Shown here: positions 18,616-25,692 of the stretch, one piece after another
How the letters are laid out: each line of letters starts with the position of its first letter
Numbering within the stretch: the first letter of the stretch is position 1
Assembly (NCBI GenBank): GCA_045596285.1
Contig: JAZOCA010000025.1
Span: 30,613 to 94,612, forward strand
DNA length: 64,000 nt
DNA from: Christensenellaceae bacterium
GTDB taxonomy: Bacteria; Bacillota; Clostridia; Christensenellales; Borkfalkiaceae
Reading direction: 5' to 3'
Program-made: the position numbers and the translations under genes
The notes under the pieces: model-generated
The model's database searches: none
What the model saw: only the letters and a program-made list of their open reading frames with translations
What the model was told of the DNA's origin: nothing

Positions 18616-20076
18616 TTAGATTTCTTTTTTAAATGGGTCTACCTTTAAAAAGAATGGATTGCTTTGCTCTTTTGCTCCGTATTTTCTGGCAAGGCGAACA
18701 ATACATTCGCCAACGTCTAAATTTAAAATATCCCAGTCTTCAACAACGTTTGCTTTTTCTACGCTTTCTATAACTCCACGGCTAGAAATTGCCGAAAGAT
18801 ACGCTATTCTCTTCTTGTTTTGCCCAAGAGTGTCAACGATATATTTTCTTGTTTCATAATCGGCAACGCGATATGCAATTATAGAGGAAAAACCACTTAA
18901 AATATTTTTTGCGTTATCTTCACCGTAATTGTTAATAATTTGAGAGATGTTCTGAACGCCTATAATAAATTTAACGCCTATGCTTCTACCAAAATTAACT
19001 GCGTCGTCTATGTGATTTAAATTAGGAAGAAGTTTAAACTCATCAACTATAAAATACGCATTTCCTTTTTTACCGTGGCGACTTTCTAAAGATTCTTTAA
19101 TTGCTAAATCCACAAGTAAAGAATAAATGGGAGTTAAAACACTACCTTCCGTTATATCGTACTGAATATATATTTTTTTACCACCGCGTTCGCGAACTGC
19201 TTCACGTATAGAAAAACTACCTTCTTTTGCAAAATTACCAATAAAAATTTCATCTATTACCATTTGCAATTCTGCAATTATACCTTGCGTTTGTCCGTTA
19301 TTTTCTACTTTATCACCCGCAGTTAAATAGCTTAAAGCTCCTCTTTCTCTTTTTGAAAGCAAATATGCTAAAACATCTAAAACGTTATTAGACCTAACGC
19401 ACTCTAATCCAATATTTTCACCGTTAAATAAGGCTTTTAAAAGTTTGTTAGATAATGGCATGTCTAAAGCCATTTCACAACGTTTTAATTCACGCAAAAT
19501 GGCAGCAAAAATAGCTTTTGCCGCTTGCGGGAAGAATGGATTAGAAGATTTTTTTATTGCATCAGCAAAAATCATTCCGGCAATTTCATTAGAACTTTCG
19601 GTTAATTTATCTTCATCTAATTCTTTAAAGATATTCCATATTTCTTCTTTTGAAGAAACCTTTTCGTGCCCTTTAGCGTCTTTTAGGGGCGCGTTAGATA
19701 AAAAGATATCCTTTCTATTTTCATGACTTCCAAAAGTATTATAAAAATCACCCTTTGTGTCAAAAATAACCATTACGTCTTTTTCCGTACACTTATCAAT
19801 AAGTTGGTCGGTCATAGATAAAAAGGTATTAGTTTTTCCCATACCTATACCACCAACTATTAAAAAATGCTTACTTAAAACGTCACTATCAATTTGAACT
19901 TTTATATCTTTAAAACCCTTATCTATACCGTTAAATTCTTCTTCAGGCTCAGGTTTTACGTTCGTTTTTCCGCTTAAAACAATCTGTGGATCGCTTGCTG
20001 AATTACCGTCATAAAATTTATCATACTCTGGGCCCGTATAAACAGTTTCTATTTTGAAATCCTTTCTGTTTTGCAT
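18616..20076 (-). CDS. Soluble P-loop ATPase of the TraG/TraD/VirD4 (type IV coupling protein, T4CP) family, lacking the usual N-terminal membrane anchor
   Basis: 486 aa with Walker A GGIGMGKTN and Walker B YFIVDEF. The downstream block GRSIGVKFIIGVQNISQIINNYGEDNAKNI...DYETRKYIVDTLG aligns by eye with the TrwB/VirD4 block (GR..G....G.Q..SQL...YG...A......D..T......LG). I see no hydrophobic segment. Confidence 0.7.
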   Translation of the reverse strand: MQNRKDFKIETVYTGPEYDKFYDGNSASDPQIVLSGKTNVKPEPEEEFNGIDKGFKDIKVQIDSDVLSKHFLIVGGIGMGKTNTFLSMTDQLIDKCTEKDVMVIFDTKGDFYNTFGSHENRKDIFLSNAPLKDAKGHEKVSSKEEIWNIFKELDEDKLTESSNEIAGMIFADAIKKSSNPFFPQAAKAIFAAILRELKRCEMALDMPLSNKLLKALFNGENIGLECVRSNNVLDVLAYLLSKRERGALSYLTAGDKVENNGQTQGIIAELQMVIDEIFIGNFAKEGSFSIREAVRERGGKKIYIQYDITEGSVLTPIYSLLVDLAIKESLESRHGKKGNAYFIVDEFKLLPNLNHIDDAVNFGRSIGVKFIIGVQNISQIINNYGEDNAKNILSGFSSIIAYRVADYETRKYIVDTLGQNKKRIAYLSAISSRGVIESVEKANVVEDWDILNLDVGECIVRLARKYGAKEQSNPFFLKVDPFKKEI

Positions 20077-20090
20077 AATATCTCCTCTTC

Positions 20091-20753
20091 TTAAGCGTAA
20101 TCGCCACGTTCTTGTAAGGTTGCAATTCTTCCGTTAATTACTTCAACAAATTCATAAAAGTTTTTTTCAATAGGAATTGCATTGTAAATAATAGTAGTGC
20201 CGTTTGAAACTAAAGTCGTTCTGCGAATATGCCCGGCAGTTCCACCCATAATCGTTATATTTCCTATGGTAATTTTGTAATTTCTTGCACGATACTTAAA
20301 CGCCCTATAAATCAAATATGCCCCAAGAGCCCCAAAGAGAGCTAAAGTTAAAAAACCCCATCCCCAAATTCCTTCAACTGTAAATATAAACACACTTAAT
20401 ATCAAAGAAAATAATGAAACAATTATCCCCCAAATAAAGGCTAAATAGTTAAACGGTTTATCGTAACTTGCGCAAACGGTTCCTATATTTCTAATACTTG
20501 TACTAGCAAAAGAATAGTGGCTACCTCTATGATTTTTAGATTCTGGGTAATCTACCATAAAATATAATCGTTGTGCAGAAAGAACGAAGTATCCAACGCT
20601 TATACCTCCTTCAAACCAATCCGAAGCACCCACAAAACACTTATACACGTTTTTAGTTTCTTCATCTGGAGCTGCGTCTTCATGCCCGTAAATTCTTTTG
20701 TTGAGCCGTTGAATGACTCGCATCTGCTCTTCGGATATCTTTTTTTCAGCCAT
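20091..20753 (-). CDS. Hypothetical membrane protein with a central 2-TM hairpin; first gene of the island operon
   Basis: I set the start at MAEKKISEEQ (20753), which has AAAGGAGAAAAAAT upstream. The two hydrophobic helices are YLAFIWGIIVSLFSLILSVFIFTV and WGFLTLALFGALGAYLIYRAF. Soluble domains of about 95 aa (N-terminal) and about 70 aa (C-terminal) flank them. The stop is 14 nt before the ATPase start. Confidence 0.65.
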   Translation of the reverse strand: MAEKKISEEQMRVIQRLNKRIYGHEDAAPDEETKNVYKCFVGASDWFEGGISVGYFVLSAQRLYFMVDYPESKNHRGSHYSFASTSIRNIGTVCASYDKPFNYLAFIWGIIVSLFSLILSVFIFTVEGIWGWGFLTLALFGALGAYLIYRAFKYRARNYKITIGNITIMGGTAGHIRRTTLVSNGTTIIYNAIPIEKNFYEFVEVINGRIATLQERGDYA

Positions 20754-20793
20754 ATTTTTTCTCCTTTTTATAAAATAAAATTGTCGCAATATG

Positions 20794-20822
20794 ATTTTAT
20801 CATAATAATTAATCAAAATCAA
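20794..20822 (-). promoter_or_regulatory. Candidate sigma-A promoter of the island operon
   Basis: The minus strand reads TTGATT-17 nt-TAAAAT with an upstream TG (extended -10), about 40 nt before the ATG at 20753. Confidence 0.45.
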
Positions 20823-20921
20823 CATAATTTTACGTAGCCAAGTAAAAATAAACTTAAATAAATAAGTATAAATTAAACTACTATTAGTTAATTACCTTAT
20901 TTTTACCGATCGATATTCCTG

Positions 20922-20947
20922 GAAAAGCCTGCTATAGCACGATTAAT
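20922..20947 (+). repeat. Family A motif, copy d
   Basis: GAAAAGCCTGCTATAGCACGATTAAT. Confidence 0.65.
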
Positions 20948-20998
20948 AAACTTTTTAAGATGTGCGCAATGATAAAAAACTTCTATAATATTTATCTA

Positions 20999-21239
20999 GT
21001 CCTACACCGCCTATCGTGCCGTTAATACCGTTCATTAACTACCAACAGTCGCTTTACCTTCCCCACCACCGTGAGTTAACTACCAACAGTCGCTTTACCT
21101 TCCCCACCGCCATGAGTTAACTACCAACAGTCGCTTTACCTTCTCCACCTCCGTAAGCCAACTACCAACAGTCGCTTTAGCTTCCCCACCTCCGTGAGCC
21201 AACTACCAACAGTCGCTTTATCTTCTCCACCACCGTGAG
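20999..21239 (+). repeat. Noncoding tandem array 2: a 36-bp head plus 5 units of the same 41-bp repeat
   Basis: The head is AGTCCTACACCGCCTATCGTGCCGTTAATACCGTTCA. The units lie at 21035-21239, in the same orientation and with the same consensus as the array at 9815-10138. Confidence 0.9.
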
Positions 21240-21274
21240 TGAAAAAGTAAAATTAAAAAAATGCTTAAAATAAA

Positions 21275-21303
21275 TTGACAAAGCTATAATGCAGTAATAT
21301 AAT
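21275..21303 (+). promoter_or_regulatory. Sigma-A promoter for the THI-box leader and thiT
   Basis: Perfect TTGACA-17 nt-TATAAT. Confidence 0.7.
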
Positions 21304-21317
21304 AATAGCATCAGACA

Positions 21318-21440
21318 ATAAACGGGGTGCTGTGTATTTGCAAACGTTCAAGACCGGTATTGAACGGCGAAAACACGGCTGAGATTATACCCATAATCGG
21401 GCGCGGTAATTCACGGCCGAGAAACAGTATTTTTCTTACG
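21318..21440 (+). promoter_or_regulatory. TPP (THI-box) riboswitch-like leader with an atypical 3' half
   Basis: ACGGGGUGC...(long P3 insert UGUGU...ACACG)...GCUGAGAUUAUACCC matches the GGGGUGC / GCUGAGA / ACCC core of the pyrimidine-sensing half. It lies directly upstream of a ThiT-type gene. The following CGGGCGCGGUAAUUCACGGCCGAGAAAC keeps a hairpin with a UAAU loop but not the conserved CCUGAUCUGG...CCAGCGUAGGGA sequence as I recall it. Confidence 0.55.
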
Positions 21441-21469
21441 CCCCTGAAATTTTTAGGAGGTGTTTTTTT

Positions 21470-22147
21470 ATGTCTGAACTGTTGTTTTTTAACTCTTTAG
21501 TGGAAGAAAGTTTTACCGATTACGTAACTATTTGTTCCACAATTCTAATCGTGTTGCTAATTGTTGCAATAGGCGTAATGATTGCAAAAAAGAAACTCGC
21601 AACCCAAGATATTGCCTATGCAGGCGTTGCGATATCGCTTTCTTTCGTGCTTTCGTTTATCAAATTTACACCCGTTCAATACGGTGGATCGATAACGCTT
21701 GCATCACTTGCCCCTCTGCTTATTTACGCTTACTATTTTGGCTTTGCAAAAGCGCTTGTTTGCGGTTTTATTTACGGCATTTTGCAGTTCTTGCAAGATC
21801 CATACATCCTTACACCCGCAACTTTTACGTTAGACTTTTTGCTTGCCTTTGCGTCTGTTAGCGTTATGGGGCTGTTTTCAAAAGCAAAATTAAACGTCGC
21901 AACGCTTACACTTGGCACAACGGCATCTATTGCAACAAGATTTTTTATGCACTTTATTTCTGGTATTTTATACTTTAATCACGGAAGCATCTGGGTAAAC
22001 CTACCCGCCGAAAGCGCGGTTTCATACTCATTGCTTTATCAAACGGTATATCTTGTGCCAGACTTTATAATTTGCCTTGCTGTTATGCTTATTCTTTACA
22101 AAACACGCGTTATAGAAAGAATTAAGCCAAAAAGCCTTCAAAAATAG
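21470..22147 (+). CDS. thiT: Thiamine ECF transporter S component (ThiT/YuaJ family)
   Basis: 225 aa with about 6 TM segments. GGSITLASLAPLLIYAYYFG...GFIYGILQFLQDPYILTP resembles ThiT. A THI-box-like leader lies upstream, and the ecfAA'T module is in the same window. Confidence 0.7.
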   Translation: MSELLFFNSLVEESFTDYVTICSTILIVLLIVAIGVMIAKKKLATQDIAYAGVAISLSFVLSFIKFTPVQYGGSITLASLAPLLIYAYYFGFAKALVCGFIYGILQFLQDPYILTPATFTLDFLLAFASVSVMGLFSKAKLNVATLTLGTTASIATRFFMHFISGILYFNHGSIWVNLPAESAVSYSLLYQTVYLVPDFIICLAVMLILYKTRVIERIKPKSLQK

Positions 22148-22170
22148 GTAAATTAAAAAGCAAAATGCGT

Positions 22171-22197
22171 GTTAACCGCACTATAGGCGCACTTTTT
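22171..22197 (-). repeat. Family A motif, copy e
   Basis: The reverse complement reads AAAAAGTGCGCCTATAGTGCGGTTAAC. Confidence 0.75.
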
Positions 22198-22214
22198 AAC
22201 TTTATTTAAACAAA

Positions 22215-22252
22215 AAAACGCTTTCCTTTTTTTTTGGGGTAAGCGTTTTTTA
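22215..22252 (+). terminator. Rho-independent terminator after thiT
   Basis: AACGCTT...AAGCGTT stem followed by TTTTTT. Confidence 0.55.
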
Positions 22253-22303
22253 ATTTTTTATAAAATGTAGTTTTTTATATACAATTTAATTGTGTTTATT
22301 GCA

Positions 22304-22330
22304 GTTAATCGTGCTATAGCCACACTTTTT
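22304..22330 (-). repeat. Family A motif, copy f
   Basis: The reverse complement reads AAAAAGTGTGGCTATAGCACGATTAAC. Confidence 0.75.
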
Positions 22331-22351
22331 ATTTTAAACTACAAATAATAA

Positions 22352-23350
22352 CTAATTAGCGTTTGACTTTACGTAATTTTTTAACGCATCAACCTTTTGA
22401 TTGCATTCGGCTTCATCGCCTTTATGAATATACAGTAATAGGTTGATTTCTATTTTCCTGCCGTAATATTCTATCGTATGCCACGACGTAGCGCCATACA
22501 ATTTAACTAATTCAACTTCGCCTGTTTTAAGATTATAATAAGCTTCTTGAGTTATAGAACAATCTGAATTCGAAATCGACGCATATAATAATGAAAAATC
22601 TTTATTTACTCCCGATGGAATATTAAAGAAAGGTGCGGTCTGCTTAAACACAATATAATTTTCGTATAGTTTGTATTCTCTGGTCACAAATTCATTAATA
22701 TCATACGTTTTATCGTTAAGTTCATACGGTTCGTAATTTTTAAAGAAAGTTGATTGTGAAATAAGATTTCTTAAATAAACCGCTCTTACTTGCATTTCGC
22801 ATAATTCAGTTCCGTTAGTGGGAAATATCGGGTACTCTTTTGAACTGTATCTTACAACCCCATTAGCACCGGATTCAGAGCCGTTAAACGCTTTTTCGTC
22901 CTTATAGGTATATTTATTAAAAGAACTCATTTCAAAACTATTATCTTCTAATTTTTTTGAATAATTATACTCTTCAACTACTAAAACGGCGTCATCACCT
23001 TCTTTTTTGGCTCTGAATTCATATAATTCAGCGCTATCAAGATAATAAGCATTCATATTTACATAGGACTTACTTTCGTCGCCTAATTTCGTTTCAGCTA
23101 CACACGAAAGTTTTTTCCCAACCTTATAATTTACAAACCCTATTTTATCAAATATTTCATAAAAGTCTGCCGTTTTATCACAGGTAATTTCTTCCCCTTC
23201 GCTAGTTTCAATAACCACCGAATCGACTTCCTTGCCCAAAACGATTTCTTTAGCTTTTACAATATCAAATTCATCTTGACCGCCTTTATTACAAGAAGCC
23301 ATTGACAAAAGCAATATAAACGCCAAGAAAACAACTATAAACTTCTTCAT
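22352..23350 (-). CDS. Hypothetical lipoprotein
   Basis: 332 aa with signal peptide and lipobox LLLSMASC. I recognise no catalytic motif. Confidence 0.6.
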   Translation of the reverse strand: MKKFIVVFLAFILLLSMASCNKGGQDEFDIVKAKEIVLGKEVDSVVIETSEGEEITCDKTADFYEIFDKIGFVNYKVGKKLSCVAETKLGDESKSYVNMNAYYLDSAELYEFRAKKEGDDAVLVVEEYNYSKKLEDNSFEMSSFNKYTYKDEKAFNGSESGANGVVRYSSKEYPIFPTNGTELCEMQVRAVYLRNLISQSTFFKNYEPYELNDKTYDINEFVTREYKLYENYIVFKQTAPFFNIPSGVNKDFSLLYASISNSDCSITQEAYYNLKTGEVELVKLYGATSWHTIEYYGRKIEINLLLYIHKGDEAECNQKVDALKNYVKSNAN

Positions 23351-23694
23351 TTTTTACCACTCCATTACGTACTAGGCGCTATAAAATTACTTACCTTTAA
23401 GCACCAGTTTTACTTGCTTAAACGAATTTTTATCGCAAAATCAAGTTGAATTAATTATACAACAACACTACCGAAAAATCAATACAAATAATAAAAAATA
23501 TTACAAAAAACCAAATAAATATACCCTTACGATTAGCGGTTGATTAAACTATATGAAAATTTAACAAACACCACGCTCCGTTAGCCCTTCCAACCGCAAC
23601 CATCTAAATAAAGTATATAAACTCTTTTTATAACCGTCGCATTGTTTGCTTTTTTGAATATAAAACAGTCTTTATTTTTTATAAAGAACACTAT

Positions 23695-23720
23695 AAAAGT
23701 GCCCCTATAGAGCGATTAAC
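23695..23720 (+). repeat. Family A motif, copy g
   Basis: AAAAGTGCCCCTATAGAGCGATTAAC. Confidence 0.75.
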
Positions 23721-23767
23721 GAATATTTAACTATATTTTACGGCTATTTTTTGTTTTAAAAATATAC

Positions 23768-25537
23768 TTAGCCAAGGTCTGGCTTATCTAAAAATTCAAC
23801 CCAAAAATCAGTTACACAATCCGATTCAAAAACAAGAATTTCATTTATGCCCGTTTTTAAAATGGGGGCAGGAACAAACAATGTTTTTTGCGGGCCGGCG
23901 CTGTTAAAATATCTACCTAAATTAAAGCCGTTAATTTTAACGAATCCCTTACTAAAACCGCTAAGGCGAATAAAAGTATCTGCAGGTGTATCATTTATTT
24001 TCAACACCCCGCGAACGAAGGTTGGCGAAATGATTTTATTTTTAGGCGCTTTTTTAAACTTAAGATTTTTAAGTTCTTCTTCCATAGGTAGGCAATATAT
24101 CTTCCAACCAAAATGATACTGTCCGCCCAGTCTAACACCGCTAATGCCCTTTCTATCCTTTTGCAAATTCGGCCCGTAATTTACACGCCCCATATTTTCT
24201 GCAAGAATATCGAGTTTTACGCTTTCGCCCTTTTTTAGTTCAAGCGAAACTTTTTGCTCTTCATCTGGCATTTCCCATCTACAATAGGTGCTTTTTAATT
24301 TCTGATCAAAGAAAATTTGAGCGCGGTCGTGAACCTTTTCTATGGTTAAAGTTCTTTTTTCACACTCCCCTTCTAAAGTGGAACTATATAAAATATATCC
24401 GTAATTTTGCCCAAATTCTTCCATATACGTTGGAACTGAAGAACTTATGGGAGTTGATATGTTGCCGATATTTTCAAACAAGGGTGCAACTTCGGTAAGT
24501 TCAACTTTGCCATACGCCACCTTTTTTGTTTCTTTAGCGGTAAGTTCGGGAACGCTTCCGCAATGCTTTGCTATAATTTCTCTTACGGCGTAATAATTTG
24601 ACGTGCGATCGCCCGCTTCGTTTAAAAGCGCGCAATAATCATAACTAGTAACCGTGGGCATATATTTTTCATCGTAGTTAGCGCCATTCATAAACCCAAA
24701 ATTCGTGCCACCGTGAAACATATAAAAATTAAATGATGCGTTAAGTTTAAAAAAGTTTTCAAAATCGGCGCAAAGATCTTCTGACGTGCGCGTATGATGT
24801 TTTTCATACCAATGATCGAACCACCCGCACCAGTATTCTCCACACATAAGTGGTTGATTAGCCTTAAATTTTTTAAGCATAGAAAGGTTATCTTTGGAAT
24901 TAGAACCAAAGTTAACAACGGTTAAATATTCTTCCAAACTTCCGCCCGAAAGCATCGTTTCGCACGCTCCGTCAGAAGTAAAATAAATACAGTCTATGCC
25001 GTTTTCTTCATATATTTTAGCGATTGCACGAAGATAATCTTTATCATTGCCGTATGAGCCGTATTCGTTTTCAATTTGAATCATTATTATAGGCCCGCCG
25101 TTAGAGGAAAGATATTTGCGCACTTTACAAAGAAGCGTGTTTAAATAATTTTTTAATTTAGATATATAAAGATCGTCTTTACAGCGAAGCACCATTTTTT
25201 CGTATTTAAGTAACCACGCGGGAAAACCGCCAAATTCCCATTCCGCACAAATATATGGGCCTGGGCGCAATATGACGTTTAAACCAAGATCTTTTGCAAT
25301 CGCTATATATTCTTCAATATTAAGATTGTTTGAAAAATCAAACTGCCCTTCTTTAGGCTCGTGAAGATTCCAAGGAATATAAGTTTCAACGGTATTTAAA
25401 CCGCACTCTTTGAGCTTCAATAATCTATCATACCAATAGTCCTTGGGAACGCGGAAATAATGCATCGCGCCTGCGCGAACGGTATATTTCTCACCATCCA
25501 TATAAAAATCGTTATCTTTATAAGTAAGTATGCCCAT
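23768..25537 (-). CDS. Beta-galactosidase, glycoside hydrolase family 35
   Basis: GAMHYFRVPKDYWYDRLLKLKECGLNTVETYIPWNLHEPKEGQFDF...RPGPYICAEWEFGGFPAWL...IQIENEYGSYG is the classic GH35 signature. I set the start at MGILTYKD (25537). Confidence 0.9.
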   Translation of the reverse strand: MGILTYKDNDFYMDGEKYTVRAGAMHYFRVPKDYWYDRLLKLKECGLNTVETYIPWNLHEPKEGQFDFSNNLNIEEYIAIAKDLGLNVILRPGPYICAEWEFGGFPAWLLKYEKMVLRCKDDLYISKLKNYLNTLLCKVRKYLSSNGGPIIMIQIENEYGSYGNDKDYLRAIAKIYEENGIDCIYFTSDGACETMLSGGSLEEYLTVVNFGSNSKDNLSMLKKFKANQPLMCGEYWCGWFDHWYEKHHTRTSEDLCADFENFFKLNASFNFYMFHGGTNFGFMNGANYDEKYMPTVTSYDYCALLNEAGDRTSNYYAVREIIAKHCGSVPELTAKETKKVAYGKVELTEVAPLFENIGNISTPISSSVPTYMEEFGQNYGYILYSSTLEGECEKRTLTIEKVHDRAQIFFDQKLKSTYCRWEMPDEEQKVSLELKKGESVKLDILAENMGRVNYGPNLQKDRKGISGVRLGGQYHFGWKIYCLPMEEELKNLKFKKAPKNKIISPTFVRGVLKINDTPADTFIRLSGFSKGFVKINGFNLGRYFNSAGPQKTLFVPAPILKTGINEILVFESDCVTDFWVEFLDKPDLG

Positions 25538-25637
25538 ACTACCCCTACCGTTATAAAATAATCTTAATGAAAGTATTATATCACAGTTATCGAACAAAAT
25601 CAATACAATTTATAGATTTCACTTTAACGGATTTCCA

Positions 25638-25685
25638 CAAAAAAAGCCTTACAAATTTGAGCCAAAGCGTTCTATTGTAAGGCTT
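25638..25685 (-). terminator. Hairpin plus T-run between the URO-D-like gene and the GH35 gene (possible internal terminator or attenuator)
   Basis: AGCCTTACA...TGTAAGGCT stem with a large loop. TTTTTTT follows on the minus strand. Confidence 0.45.
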
Positions 25686-25692
25686 TTTATTT

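Noticed and set aside
20754-20825. Upstream-extended starts given by the ORF track (20825; also 5968, 9525, 11283, 25603, 30593, 36097, 50115, 51845, 54945, 60082, 63709)
   Set aside because: In each case an internal ATG a few codons downstream is preceded by a good Shine-Dalgarno sequence at 6-10 nt and yields a canonical N-terminus or signal peptide. The extended start lacks an SD or uses a non-ATG codon directly abutting one.
10139-20998. The island as an integrative conjugative element or prophage, because it carries a T4CP-like ATPase
   Set aside because: No integrase, recombinase, relaxase, VirB4/TcpF-type ATPase, replication gene or phage structural gene lies between the flanking repeats or anywhere in the window. 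An ICE remnant remains a possible origin, but it cannot be supported as an annotation.
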